Positions 34,143-47,945 of a stretch of DNA of 64,000 bases are shown piece after piece. Position 1 is the stretch's first letter. The number at the start of each line of letters is the position of its first letter. The stretch comes from Phaeosaccion multiseriatum (Eukaryota; Protista; Ochrophyta, other classes), in assembly GCA_965112735.1 (NCBI GenBank), contig OZ218960.1:496001-560000 (forward strand). The letters are read 5' to 3'. Made by a program: the position numbers and the translations under genes. The notes beneath the pieces are model-generated. The model was not told where the DNA came from. It saw only the letters and a list, made by a program, of their open reading frames with translations, and ran no database searches.

Positions 34143-35528
34143 TCAAACGCGGTCAATCTTGCTGAACTGGCCCCCTCCCCCCCTGAGGCTAGACTCAATC
34201 TCCGCCCTCCCTTGGGTCTTGTAGTCGAAGTCGCACTGGTGCGCGTCAGGGTAGCGGCACACGCCGCAAAAGACGAGCTTGCAGCGGCACTCAATGCCCG
34301 TGTAGCCCACCTTCTTGTTGCAGGCAAAGCACCGCTTCTTGTTCTTCTGCCTGGGCTCCACGTCCTTCTCCTTCTCGGGTGGAGGTGGCGGCGACACGCT
34401 GGCCACCTTCTCGGTCGAGGTGGTCTCCTCGCCATCGCCGGATGCCGCCGCTGCTGCCGAGTCATCATCTGGTGATGCTTGTGCGGCGGGGAGTGACGAG
34501 GACACGGTGTCGGGAGATACCTCCATCGCATTGGGGGCTGATGCTGCCTCCTCCCCTCCTGCTGCTTCCGTCGATGATGCTGCTGCCCCGCTGGTTCCAC
34601 CGGCGGTGCTCTCCGCGACAGCGGCGGCGACAACGGCCATCTTCGCAGCCGCTTCTGCGGAGGACGGAGGAGGAAGGCACAGAAGCACAAACGGGTAAGA
34701 CGAGCCGAGCGAGAAGCACGAGCAGAGATGGACAGGTGCGCGTGGCGTACGCACGCCATCACTCATTTTCGGGCCTGAAAAAAAAAAAGGGGTGCGGCAC
34801 GGGAGGGGATGGGGCGCTGTCGGGACTTACTTTGCTCCTTGGCCAGGTCCTCCATCTGCTGGTTCTTCTTGCTCAGAGCGTCTCGCCAGCACTTGGAGCA
34901 CATACCCGAGGTAGCCGGACTCCTAAGGCGTGCACACGAGAGGGCACAGCGGAGAGGCAAGGGGGGCGAGAGCACGCAATGGGGCGGCGGAAGGATAGAG
35001 GCCGGTCAGAGTCAGGTGGACGGTACATTTGCACAGTGCCCGCTGGTGCCGCTGGTTGCTCGCGGCCTTTGTGCCCCTCTCCTTGCTTCGCTCCACTGAG
35101 GAGACTTGAAGAAAAGAATGAGGGCCGCGCAGCACGAGCAGCCACCGAAGTAGCCGCACCGACACCGCACGAGGCCCCACCATACTCTACTTCATCGAAA
35201 AACCCTCCCTATCCCGCCGCCGCAGCTGCGCCGCGGCCTCCCCGCCGGCACGAGGTCTTTCCCCCCAGCGGACCGGGAGAAACTCCCGCGCTGCAAAAGG
35301 AGCCAGCACGTTCCGCTCCGACCGACCGACCGCCACCCGCACCCCTCGGCACAGCAAGGCCCTCCCCCCGTCCCCTGTTTTCCGCCCCTGCCGCCCCCGC
35401 CGCCCCTCCTGCCTACTCTTCTCGGCGCATTCAGCGGCCGCGACGGTCAGGTCCGCGTCAAAAAAAGGGGCGCTGCGTACTACTCACCCGAAGAACCCAC
35501 AGCCCCCGCCGCAGAGCTGCTGCTCCAT
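34143..35528 (-). CDS. A20/AN1 zinc-finger (SAP/ZFAND5-like) protein, 3 exons
   Basis: Spliced A20 finger LCGGGCGFFGSPATSGMCSKCW and AN1 finger RCFACNKKVGYTGIECRCKLVFCGVCRYPDAHQCDFDYK. Confidence 0.92.
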
Positions 35529-36224
35529 GGTGTTCTGCTGGTCCGTTGACTCCGACATGGTGGCTGAAGCTGGTAGACTTGCGCACTTGGCTGCCCAAAC
35601 TCCTTCCTACGTCCCTGTTCCTTTCAGGCCTCAACTCCGTTCCAGAACTGTTCTGAGCTGTCTTTCGCAGCACTCCCGCCGCACCCGGTAGCTCTCCTCG
35701 CTAGTCGATGTGGGAGGGGAGAGAAGCGGGTCGTGGGGATCCTGAGGCGAAAGGGCGTGGAGCTTGGACCTTGTTTCCTCGGAGAAAGGTGGAATTAATG
35801 TCTCGATGATGCAAGAGAGGCCTTGAGAAATCATGCTCCATTGCATACGTAAGGTTACGTAACTAAGTGGGGCTGTGATGTTTTCCCCTTTCTCACCTTC
35901 TTTACGCTGGTGCTACTGCAACGTGTGTTGGTACAGCAGAAGTGTGGGGAGAGCAGAAGGAGTAGGAGGAGAAGAGCAGGGAGGGAGAACAGGGCAGGGA
36001 GGAGCAGTAGATTGGGGAGGAAAGAGGGTTTGGAAATTTATTCCCAACTGCCCCCTGCTCTGGGGCCAGCCCTCCTCGAGGCCAAGCTAATGAGTAGCGC
36101 CGCTCGGCGAGAGGACACTCACTGAGGAGAAGGTTCAGTGCAGCAGCAGTGTAGCCCCACCCGGGTAGAAGGGCCGCGGGCAAAGAGAGGAGGAGGGAAG
36201 GCGCAGGAGGGAGTTTGGCCCCCA

Positions 36225-38093
36225 ATGTCATCCTTCGGCATCCGGGCCGACGATGCAGTGGCGGGCGCGGGGGCCGCGAGGGGGCTGATGAGCCCGCGCG
36301 CCGGCCTCGGGAATGTCAAAGGTGGAGGCAGCAGAGCCAGCAGCGAGAGCGAGAACACGGCGGCGGCCATGGGCAAGGCCCCCGTGAATCCGCTCTCTCC
36401 CGGGGACAAGAAGGCGCGCCGCAGAGGCAGAGCGCTGGGGGACATTTCCAACAGAGACAAGAACGCCAAGGGGCAGCAGCAAGGAAGCAACAAGGGGGGG
36501 CTGGGAGAGGCGAAAGGCGGCAGCAGTAGCACCAAGGCCCAGCACAAGGGCAAGACTGCAGTGTCGAGTCCTCTTGCCGTGTGGACGGATCCGGAGAGTG
36601 CAGCGCCCATTGAGAAAGTGGCCGAGACGCAGAGCAAACGGAAGACGCGTAGCCGCAAGCCCTTCGCGGTACCGGAGATCGACCCCATTGAGTTCTGCCT
36701 AGGCAGGACGGGCGACGAGGAGGATGCCATCATGGAGGTGAGAAGATGGGGGCTGCGCTTTGTTTCCTCCTTATGCTCACCTCTCCCTCTCGAGGAGTTG
36801 GAGAGTATGTGTCCTTCTCGGAGCCCCTCTGTTCTACCCTGTCTGTCTCATCGGCCGGCCTCTGGCTCCTTCCTCGTCCGTGTCGTCCTTGGCTCTTGGC
36901 TCTGCCCTTGGTGGACAACCGCCGCAACCCCACAGAAACAACCACCCTCTGTATTATGCACCGCCTTCTAACGAACTGGCTGCCCCTCTTTGCTTATCCA
37001 TCCATCGATCCTCACAGGCCAGGCTGGTGGCACTGGCGCGGGCAGAGGCCAGCATGCAATGGGTAGACCCCAGCACCAGCACCAGAAGCAGGAGCAGCAG
37101 CAGCAGCAGCAAGAGGAGGAGCGCCAAAAGCCGCAGCACCAGCACCAGCAGTATCAGCCGCAGCAGCAGCAAACAAAAGCCGCCACGGCCAGATGTGCAC
37201 CCCAAGCTGACGGCCAAAGACAAAGCCAAGGAAAGAGCCTCCGAGAAGCTCAACAAGGAAATGGAGGACCTCTGCGCTCGGGATATGGAATGTGAGGCAG
37301 CGGATGGCAGCGGATGGCAGTGGGTGGTGCTAGTACATGGCAGAGGGATGGCGAGGAGCCCTTGAGTGTGCTTGCTTGGCTGTAGGTGAACTGACTGCTG
37401 AGCCCCCCGGGAGGAGGAGGGCGGGACACAAGGTTGAGTTTGAGATGGAGGTATCGAATGCTTCATTCCCTGCTGGGGCTTGCAGCGGCTTGCAGGAGCG
37501 GCTACCCCAGGGGAGCCGGGTGGAAGAATTCATACCAGACGCCCTATGCGCTAACTCTGCATCTTTTTTTGTGTGTGTGTATTCCTCTCTCTTTCTCCTT
37601 TTCATCCCCCCCCCCCCTCTCTCTCTCTCCAGTTATGCGCAGCCGAGGGTTGTCGTCTCCTTCGCCTTCGTGGGGCGGCGTGGATGCCTTTGCCTTCCCC
37701 CCCGATGATGAGGTCGGGCCTGGGCCTCTATACGAAGAGGAGGATGACCTCTCTCTGCTGCCTCCCGGCCTTGAGGCGTGGCGCTCCGAACTCGATGATG
37801 ATGTTGACAACGCGATCGCCTGTCTGGAGCAGCAGCAGCAGCTGCAGTTGGTGATACAGCAGGAGCGGGAGGAGGAGAAGGGGAGGAAGCAACAGGAAGC
37901 GCAAGGGCAGGCGCAAGGGGCGGGGGGTGCCGTCCCAGAGGAGATTTCGTCATCATCATCAGCAGCAGCAGCAGCAGGGCATGCGGCGGCGGTTCAGTCT
38001 GCCAGCACTGGAGGCGGGGAAAAGGCGAGTGCTGCTGCTCCCCTGCAAGGAGCAGGACCCGATGTACCCGCTGGCGAAGAGGGGCTAGCGTAA
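36225..38093 (+). CDS. Disordered protein with destruction box (securin-like candidate), 3 exons
   Basis: Exons ~36225-36737, 37018-37291, 37633-38093 splice in frame. D-box RGRALGDISN, a PEIDPIEF motif and an acidic C-terminus. Confidence 0.6.
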
Positions 38094-38625
38094 GCCGGAG
38101 CTGCTTGAGAGAGAGGGCTGCGTGGTGCGTGGTGCTCGACTTGGTTGGCGGGGGGAGGGGGGAGGCACGTGTGTGCACGCGGTGCTCCTCCTCTGGCTGG
38201 GGTTGTCGTCCTTTTCTGGGGTCCGTACTGTAGATACTTGTGGTGGTGGCCACTGGGTGGTTGCAAGCAGGCCGTGAAGGCGGCCGTCGCATCGACTCAA
38301 AAATAATAGGGAGGATCCGTCACCGAAACTGCCCGGCCCCGAAAACGATCATCCGAAAACGCCACGTAGGAACCGATTTTGAAGGTGCATTCCGTCAAAG
38401 CTCCCCTGGATCCAGGGAAAAAAGGGACGGGATCTCTCTCTCTCTTTGCTGAGCTGTTCGCAGCTGAAATCGCACTGCTGGTTTGGTGCCTTGGAGTGGT
38501 TATCTCTCTGTCTCCCCCTCCCCATCCCTCGCCCTTCCTTCAATCTCTATTGCGCAGTAGGTCTTTGGGAGTGTGGGCGGGGGCTTCCTCCGCTTCAGCA
38601 GCCCGCCCGCTTGAGGCGGGGCTTC

Positions 38626-39563
38626 ATGTCTTCACTCCTCTCTTCCGTGCGAAAGGGCTCTAACAAGAAGCTTTGGCGCAAGGGAAGCAGAAGTAGCAAC
38701 AGTACGGCCGACGCGGAATCCTCAGGCGGTACCCCCAGAGACGAGGATGAAGAGGGTTGTTGCACTGCTGCTGGGGAGGGGGGGGAGGAAGAGGACGAGG
38801 AGGAGGACGAGGAGGAGGACGTGGAGGCGGATGTGGAGGCGGACGAGAGCTGGGGGAAGAACCAGCCCGTGACCCATAGGCATCGGTCCAGCATCACAGA
38901 GGAGGTGGTTCTCTCAGATCCGGGCTCTCTGCGGGTACGTGCTGTCTGTTTGGTTGCGTGTTTTTCCACGTGGGTAGGTAGTAGGTGGGCTGATACGGTA
39001 GGTAGGGAAGGAAGGAGAGAAGGAAGGAAGGCAGGGCAAGGATGGTCTCCCCCTTCCTCCACTTCAAACCGCCGTCGGTTCTTCTGAGGCAAGCAGGCCT
39101 GGATCCCCCCCCCCCTAACCATCTCTCTCCGCGCTCATGTTTCATGCCTCTCTGTCCCTGAGGCAAGCAGCCAAGCCAAGCTTCGGCCTTTGACACCCCC
39201 CCCCACCATCTCTCTCCGCACTGATATTTCATGTCTCTCTGTCTCTGAGTAGGCCCTCTTCAAGGACATCTCCATCAGCTTGGATCAGGCCGGGTCGGAC
39301 GACGAGAACGAGGAGTTCATAAGGAACTTGGAACAGGCCGAGTCGGACGACGAGGACGAGGAGTTCATAATCCACTGTGGGAACAACAGGGGGGCAGAAG
39401 CAGCAGCAGAAGCAGCAGCAGGAGCAGCAGGAGAAGCAGCGGGAGGCGTAGTACCAGCAGGACCAGCCCCTGCAGAAGAGCCGCCAGGCGCAGCAGAAGC
39501 AGAGCTGGAGGAAGCGTTGGAAGCAGTGGCATTGGGGGAGCCTGTCGCAGCCTCAGCCTCAGT

Positions 39564-39598
<35 letters not shown>

Positions 39599-42500
39599 CA
39601 GTGGTAGCAACGGTGGCCGCCGCCCCGCAAGGAAGGGAGGGACACGACGTTACAGACTCGGGCTCTGACGTTTCTGATTTGGAGAATGCCATGGAGGACA
39701 GGGGAAGGTCAGGCACAGACACAAGCCCCATCATCCCCTTTCAGTGTATACTGGTCTCCTTCCTTCCCTCTCTGCACTAGTGCCGTACCCCGAGCCTGAT
39801 CCTGAGCCTGAGCCTGAGCCTGATCCTGAGCCTAATCCTGAGCCTGATCCTGAGCCTGATCCTGAGCCTGATCCTGAGCCTGATCCTGAGCCTGATCCTG
39901 AGCCCGGGACCCACTGACGTCGCCACTCACCCTCAGCCCTGATCATGGCCCTGAACCTACCGCCCTACCCAACCCGGACACTGCTTAACTCTGTCCCTCA
40001 CCCCTCCCCTTGGCCCTGCTTGTCCCTGACCCCGTCGCTGCTGCTCAGTCTGCTCATTCGAGCGAGCATGGGCGAGAGCCTGCGCGGGCGGCGCATTAGC
40101 AATTACACGCTGCGCGAGACGGGAGAGGCCCTCAATCTGGACCTCAGACTGAAAGACTTTGACGACGTTGCGTACCTCGCTCAGGGGGTGAGTAGAGACT
40201 TAGAGGCGTATGGGAGAGAGAGAGAGGGGGGGGGGGGGCGAAGTGGTAGTAGTAGGGGCAGCTGCCTCGTCTTGTCCATCCAAAGGAAGGCCATGAAAGA
40301 AAGGCTGCCTCGTCTTGTCCATCCAAAGGAAGGCCATGAAAGAAAGGCTCTCACCTGTCCATCCAAAGGAAGGCCATGAAAGAAAGAAAAGCTCTCACCG
40401 CGGTGCAACTCTCTCCCCCTCTCTCTGCGCTCCTCCGTGTGTGTGCGCGCGTGCATGTGTGTGTGTGTGTGTGTGTGTGCGTGTGTGTGTGTGTGCGTGT
40501 GTGTTTGTGTGTGTATGTGTATGTGTGTGCGTGTGTGTGTGTGTGTGTGCGTGCGTGCGCCCTCCCCAGGCCATGTGTGCGGTGTACTCGTGCTGCCTCA
40601 AGGGCCGCCCCGTGGTATTTAAGACGCCCCTTCCCGAGTCCAACAACCTCGACATGGCGAGCAACGATCTCGAGGTCGAGATGCTCATGCTGCAGCAGGT
40701 ACGTGTAGTATGTCATTGGGTGGGTGCGTGCGTGGATGGACCAACCCCCCTGGGGAGGGGGAGGGCGGCGGTGGACATGGAGGGGGGGGTGGGGGGGGTA
40801 TGGTCGAAGTGATGTAAGCCGAGGCCTGACTTGTGCTGCCTGTACACCCTCAAATGTCCTCATGCGCTCCCTGATGCCTTCCCTCATTCCCTTCTCCTGT
40901 CCTCCTTATACCCTCCCTCCCTCCCTCCCTCCCTCCCTCCCTTACTCACTCACTCACTCACTCACTCACTCACTCACTCACTCACTCACTCACTCACTCA
41001 CTCAACTCCCTCCCTCCCTCCCTCCCCTCAGCTGCGGCATGAGAACATTGTTGCTATTCGTGGGGCAGGCATTCTGTCGGATATGCGGCGCTTCATCGCT
41101 TTGGACTTTGTGTCCTTCGGGACCCTCAGCGATCTCCTCAGAGGGCCCAAGTCAGTGCAGCTGGAGGTGAGGGACTGAGTGAGTTGAGTGAGTGAGTGAG
41201 TGAGTGAGTTGAGTGAGTGAGTGAGTGAGGGCCTAAGTCAGTGCAGCTGGAGGTGAGGGAGGGACGGAGTTGGGTGAGTGGGTGGGGGAGGGAGGGAGCG
41301 AGGGTGTGAGTGAGTGAGTGAGGGAGGGAGGGAGGGAGGGAGTGAATGGGTGAGTGAGTGAGTGAGGGAGGGAGTGAATGGGTGAGTGAGTGAGTGAGTG
41401 AGTGAGGGAGGGAGGGAGGGAGGGAGTGAATGGGTGAGTGAGTGAGTGAGGGAGGGAGTGAATGGGTGAGTGAGTGAGTGAGTGAGTGAGGGAGGGAGGG
41501 AGGGAGGGAGTGAATGAGTGAGTGAGTGAGTGAGGGAGTGAGGGAGGGAGTGAATGGGTGAGTGAGTTAGTTGAGTGAGTGAATAAATTTGAGCTCCCTT
41601 CCGTGGAACTCGAACTTTAGTAGTGCGAGTCCCCGCCTAAAGACGAAGAGCGCAGGACCCTGCCTCCTCCCTCATTGATCGGTATCTTCTGCCGCTTTCC
41701 CCTGCCATCATCATCTTCTGCTGCCCTCCACTGCCCTCTACCTCCCTATTCTACAGATGGCGCAGGTGCTAAAGTTGGCTCTGCAAGTTTGTAACGCTCT
41801 TCAGTACCTGCACGACTTTGCCGTACCGGGCTGCATGCTCCTTCACAGGGACCTCAAGCCCGACAACATCGGCATCACCTTAGAAGGAACCGTCAAGCTG
41901 CTGGACTTTGGTCTTGGCAAGGTAGGGAGGGGCAGGGGGGGATGGCAGTGGAGGGGGCCCTCGTGTTGTTAACGGCTGACTCTCGACCGCCCTACCCGAG
42001 TAATTGTGCTACCTACCTCCTGCCTTCCTTATGTACCTTTCCAGCTACCTACCTCCTGCCTTCCTTATGTACCTTTCCAGCTACCTACCTGCCCACTGTG
42101 CTCTACGCTGACCTGACCTCTCCCCCTCTTCCTACCTACCTACCTACCATCCTACCTACCTACCCACCTACCTACCTACCCACCTACCTACCTACCTACC
42201 TACTTACCTACCTACCTACCTACCTACCTACCTACCTACCTACCCACCTACCTACCTACCTACCTACCTACCTACCTACCTACCTACCTACCTACCCACC
42301 TACCTACCTACCCACCTACCTACCTACCTACCTACCTACCTTCCTTTCCGCCCCCTCTCCCTCGCTCGCTCCCCTCCACCCCCCCCCACCTCTCAGCTCA
42401 TCTCCCGCAAGTACCGCACCAAAACGGCTTCTTACGTATTGACGGGCGGCACAGGCTCTCTGCGCTACATGGCCCCCGAGGTAGCCCTGCACAAGGTGTA

Positions 42501-44112
42501 TAACGAAAAGGCGAGTACTGGAGCGGCAGGGGCAGGTATATGGGCCGACGGTTTCACGGTTTCGTCTCTCTGTCTCTCTTTCTCTGCGGAGTGTAGAACG
42601 GGAGGGCGAGCAGGTTCTCCCTCCCCTCCACCCCCTCCCTCACTCCCTCCCCTTCGCTCCTCCCTCACCCCCCTCAGGTGGACGTCTACAGCTTTAGCCT
42701 GGTTTTCTGGGACATGCTCACAGGCGTCAAGCCCTTCAGCAAACTCACCAGGGAGCAGTTCTACTCACAGGTCAGTCAGTCAGATGTCCCAGGGCGCGTG
42801 AACAGATGTCCCTCCCTCCCTGACTCACTCTCTCAGCCCAAGCTGGACCTGGACCGCAACCTGAACCTTCGTACCTACCTACTTTTCTCTCAATACCCTT
42901 CATCTCCTCCCTCCCCCCCTCCCCTCCCCTCCCCTCTCCTCCGTCCCTCCCTCCCTTCCCTCCTCCTTAGGTGGTGGACAGAGGCTTACGACCGCGTGTG
43001 CAAAGCAAGTGGCCTGGCGAGGTGAAGAAAGTCCTAACTCGATGTTGGGACACTAACCCCGCCGTTCGCTTTAGCATTCGAGAGACACGCGCCATACTGC
43101 AGGTGGGTGCGTATACGCGTTAGTTGCGGTTGCAGTTTGAGTTTGAGGACCGCGATGAATATCGAACATATTGATGTCGATGCGCGTAGTGGTGCTTCAG
43201 CCGTCGTCGTCGCCATCGGTGGGGCTTGTTTTAACGAGGGATGGGGGGGACGAGAGCAGAGGAAGCAGTAGCGCAGTCAAGAGACGCCGACTCTCCTCTC
43301 TTATCCCCTCCTCGCTTCTCCTCTCCTCTCCCCTTTTCGCTTCTCCTCTCGTCTCCTCTCCTCTACTCTCCTCTCCTCTCCCCTCCTCGCTTCTCCTCTC
43401 TTATCCCCTCCTCGCTTCTCCTCTCCTCTCCTCTCCCCTACTTCCTTTCCCCTTCTCTCTCTCTCCATTCCTCGACTTCTGATCTGTGACATGAATGACC
43501 AACACGTGACTCACAGGTGGCGGCCGAGGAGGAGAACAAGCGCGTTTTCGACCTCGGTTGCCAGAAGCGGGCCTCCCTGGATTTATCGAGTAAGTCAAGT
43601 AGGAGAGGAGGGTGGGGGTTTGCTTGGGACAGGGGAGAGGGAGAAGAAGAGGTTTGAGGGGTGGAGCTTGGGGATTTGCCAGAGGCCTCCTTCACGACCC
43701 GCCCCGCTTCCGCACGTCTCCCCCCCCCCCGAGGAGCCGGAGTTGCCACTCCCACACCGCCCCCTTGCTCTACCCCCACCCCCCACCCCCCCTCTTTCTC
43801 TCTCTCAGTGTCTGCTCTCTCTCTCGTTCTCCCTTGTCTTTCCACGTACTGACTCACTCACTCACCCACTCCCTCCCCCCCTCCCTCCCTCCTTGCCTCA
43901 CTCCCGCAGACCATGAGGAGTACACCCCAAAGTACCGCATTTCTTCGCTCAAGAAGGACCGAGGAGGAGGGCATAAGGCAGGGAAGGCCAAGGAGGGCAC
44001 CAAGGAGGGCGCTAAGAGGGAGAGGGAGGCCAAGAAGAAGAAGGCCTTGAAGCGAGGGGCGAAGGAGGGCAGCGCCAGAGACTTGCGCAGCCTCGATCGG
44101 ATGCCCGCCTAA
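38626..44112 (+). CDS. Protein kinase (TKL-like), multi-exon
   Basis: AQGAMCAVY loop, [43 protein letters not shown] and [15 protein letters not shown] on successive exons. Confidence 0.88.
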
Positions 44113-45237
44113 GATTAGGCCCAAGGAGGCCCAAAGAGGTCCACCATTACTTGGGTGCCCAACGAGGCCCAATCGGAGGTAGTGTTGCAGGGCCACCGTT
44201 CCATCCCCTCACATCCCCCTCCGCTTTGCTCCGTATTATAACCTCTCTCAGTCACCGAGCTTGAAGTAGAGGCGCAGTTCAGCGGGGGGGTTGTTTGATG
44301 GGGAGCCCATTCCACAGAGAGAGAGAGAGAGAGAAAAGTGCAAGTCTTCCACTTCCACTCTTCTCTTCCATCTTTATTTTAGTTTAGTAAATCCACTTCC
44401 ACTCTTCTCTTCCATCTTTATTTTTAGTTTATGAATGAATTGAGAGAAGGGGCCCTTCCCTTTGCCAACGGGGTTTGGCAGCAAGGGTGCTGGCGAGGAG
44501 GTGCGAAAGTAACCCCAGAAGGAGCTCGGCACCATTGACCATTGGGGGCAGCCTACGAAATGTTTCTTTCACGTGAAACGTTTTCACCGAAGGATGGAAG
44601 AATCGATGGAAGAGAAGAGAAGGAATCGAAATCGAAAGGAAGTTAGAGAATGTCGAAATCGAAATTCTATGTAGAGTTCCGAACTTTTTGTTTGACCTCT
44701 TCGAGAACGTTCCTCGTGACCTTTTGGCCTTCACAACCCAAGTTCATCTTGCACAACCTCCCGAGAGCATCGGCGAAGCGGAGGAAAAGAGGGAAAAGCC
44801 TCCATAACACCCCTTCGCTCTCTATAGACACACACAAGCACTCTGCGAGGGACCAAAGGAGCTCTCGCTCTCATAATCGAAGAGGGTCCCTGCTTTACTT
44901 CCAAAAAGTCTTCCATCTGAGACTATTAAATTGAGAGGAGGTGAGTTGACACGTGGTGAACACCGACTTCCCAGATCCCCCTCCCTCTCCCCCACCCATC
45001 CCCCCCCCCCTCACCTTCCCCTATCGATACCCTTCCCTCTTCTCCACACTCCCCCATACCCTCCTTCCCCCTCATCCCCCTCCAAACCCTTTCCCCTCTC
45101 CCCTCCCCTCCCCTCTCCTCACTCACTTACTCGCTCACTCGCTCGCCCACTCGCTCGCTCACTCACCAACTCACTCATACTAACCAGCTCACACGAACTG
45201 ACTCGCTCACACCCCCTTCCGTCTCAGAGTCAAGAGC

Positions 45238-46692
45238 ATGGCGGGCGCTAAGCGCAGCAGCAGCAAAGGCGAGCCACAGAGACGCGCGTGCGACTTCTGC
45301 AGGAGGCAGAAGCGTGGCTGCGACCACAAGGTTCAGTGTGGCCAGTGTAAGAAGCGCGGCATCACCTGCACGTACTCATTCAGGCGCCCCGAAGATGAAG
45401 GGCAATCCCAAGCCCCAGCCCCTGCGTCTGTCATCGCCGAGCCTCTCAAGGTGACAAAGAAGAAGCCCATAGTGAGCCCCGTACCCAAGTCTCAGCTGCC
45501 CGTCGGGGGCGTGCGCTTCACCTCGGCAGCAAGGCCCAAGAAGCGGCCACTGGTCTCCGACGTGGAGGACTCTATCGAGGAGGGGGAGGAGGACTGGGTA
45601 CCCAACGGCACCACCAGCAGCAGTGCCGCCCCAAGCCGACCCAAGCGATCTCGGCGCAGGAGCGTAAGAGTACCATCGACCCCCATCAGAGATGACGAGT
45701 CGTCATCCTCCTCGGAGGCGGAGCAAGATAGGGACACAGGCAGGTCGGGGGAAGGAGAAGGAGAGCAACAAGAGGCAGGATGGGGCGGCCAACGGCCGAG
45801 TCGGCTCGCAGACGTCCTCGATGATGAGAGTCTCAACAGCAGCATGACTGTGCTCCCCCCGCCCGTGAGGAGGAGGGGCAGCAGTAGCTGCAGCAGCAGC
45901 ACCACCAGCAACATCGTCATCCCCCCCTCCACAGCCCGCCCCCCCATGGCGGTGCTGATCCCGCCCAACACGGCGCACGACTTCAACCCACCCACCGCGC
46001 CGGAGGGGGGCTGGGGAGGCACGGGGGCCGGGGAGTTGGGAACGGGCTGGGGAAGGACGCCGCTGGGTGAGTTGCGTAGGGATGGCAACCCGCCGCCCGT
46101 CGGGAGTCCCACACGCAAGGGGCGCAAGGTCGGTCTGATGGCCAAGAACACGGCAGGCAGCAGCAGCAGCAGCAGCGGCAGCATCGGAAGCACAAGTGTT
46201 GGAAACGGCCATTTGTTCGCACCCTCCTATCCCGCCTTATCGGACGCGGCGCTGGAGGCGTTGGTCATGTGGGTGCCCCCTGTGGAGGGCGGTATGCAGA
46301 GGAGCACGAGTACCAGCAGCAGCAGCAGCAGCAGCGTGAGCAGTGCAGGGGGAGGAGGAGGAGGAGGAGGAGGAGGAGGAGGAGGAGGAGGAAGGTCCTT
46401 CCCTTCGGTGACGTCTTGGGCGAACTACAACGGAGTCAGCACGGGCAGCAACGCCGGTAGCCTGCACGCGGGCATTCCAGGCCGGGGCATGTCCATCGGA
46501 GGTGACGGTGGGGGCAGCGGGGCAGACGCAATGCTCAGCCTGGGAAGCGCTGGCTCCTGCCTTCCGCCCCCCATCCCTACCCCAAGAGGAGGCCTGCCCA
46601 TCACGAGGCAGAACTCTCTGGCCGAGGCGGTGGGCAAGCTGGACGAGGATTTACACTCCTCTATGGACGACTCGGTGCTGGACCTGTTCTAG
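45238..46692 (+). CDS. Zn(II)2Cys6 binuclear-cluster transcription factor, intronless
   Basis: ACDFCRRQKRGCDHKVQCGQCKKRGITCTYS at the N-terminus of a 484-aa ORF. Confidence 0.88.
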   Translation: MAGAKRSSSKGEPQRRACDFCRRQKRGCDHKVQCGQCKKRGITCTYSFRRPEDEGQSQAPAPASVIAEPLKVTKKKPIVSPVPKSQLPVGGVRFTSAARPKKRPLVSDVEDSIEEGEEDWVPNGTTSSSAAPSRPKRSRRRSVRVPSTPIRDDESSSSSEAEQDRDTGRSGEGEGEQQEAGWGGQRPSRLADVLDDESLNSSMTVLPPPVRRRGSSSCSSSTTSNIVIPPSTARPPMAVLIPPNTAHDFNPPTAPEGGWGGTGAGELGTGWGRTPLGELRRDGNPPPVGSPTRKGRKVGLMAKNTAGSSSSSSGSIGSTSVGNGHLFAPSYPALSDAALEALVMWVPPVEGGMQRSTSTSSSSSSSVSSAGGGGGGGGGGGGGGGRSFPSVTSWANYNGVSTGSNAGSLHAGIPGRGMSIGGDGGGSGADAMLSLGSAGSCLPPPIPTPRGGLPITRQNSLAEAVGKLDEDLHSSMDDSVLDLF

Positions 46693-47945
46693 AGACAAAA
46701 AGAGAGTGGGCGGGGTAGGGCCTGTTCTGGTATCGTATGTACACTACCTAGTACGTTCGAAGCGGAGGGAGGGGGGGGGGGAGAGGAGACGGGATGATCG
46801 AGCCCGAGGGAGGAACGGCGGCGCCTGGGGATGTGGCGCAGGGGGAGGGAGGGAGGGAGGGAGGGAGGGAGGGAAGGACACAACAAACAAACACAGCACG
46901 GGCCCAGTTTTGAGTTTTTGATAGAGGGGCCGAGCGAAGCAGGGAGGGATAGGGAGGGTATGGGGTGTGGGGTATGGGGAAGGTGTGTGTGGATGTGTGT
47001 GGTGTAGTGTGTAGTGCAGTGGTGCTGTCGAAATGACAATGACAGACGAGTGAGACCGACAAGTGTGTGTCCACAAGGGTCGGAAGGGTGGCGTGCGACG
47101 GGAGGGAAGAGGAGGAGGAGGAGGAGGAGGTGGTGGTGTGGTGTGTGTGGGGCGTTCGGTGACCACAGCGAGGCCACCGCTTCAAGCAGCTTTGTTTTTT
47201 TGTTTCTTATATTCTTGGTATTATTTGTGTCGGGTATTTGTTGAACTATATGTGGGTGGTACAATAGGGAATGAAAAAGGAAAAGAGGGAGAGAGAGAAC
47301 AAAAAGTGAAAAGTTGGTTGTACATACGATCGATCGACCGACCGGGTTGGTGCGGGGTGCAAGCTTGGTGGCACGAGCAGCACGGCCGCGTGTGGTGTGT
47401 GGGTGGGTGGGTGGGTGTGTCGTGTCAGCAGGGGCAGGGGCGAGAGAGAGATTGTCGCTCTGCCATCGCCCAAACGAACAAAGAGGACACACTGTACATA
47501 GAGGATAAATAGTGCCAAAAAAAAATAGAAGAAACCACACAAAAAGAAAAGAATTTTTCCCCCTTCAATTTTTTGGACACTTGTAGCAAAATGACGCTGG
47601 GAGAAGGAGAAGCGCTATATCTCTTCGTGTAGCTCTTTGAGATGCCTATCGATCCATTCCATAGTCTTTCGGGTTTCTGGTGCGAGAGAGAGGGAAAAAA
47701 AACGGGCAACGCAAAAATACTAAGTAATAATGAAGCTGCGAGAGAGTAATACGAGAAAGAGAAAAGCCTTCCTGCAGGCCCCCGCACAGCGTAACGTAAC
47801 GGGAAGGAGAAGCGTCCCCCCCCTCCTCCTCCTCCTCCTCCTCCTCCTCACTCACTCACCATCTACCAACCTCATCTAAAAAAAAATAAAAATAAAATTA
47901 AATTAGTAAAATATAAAATATTAAGACCCCCCCCTTCCTGCCCTC

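Noticed and set aside
34379-35656. 425-aa plus-strand ORF
   Set aside because: GC-rich antisense shadow of the A20/AN1 gene.
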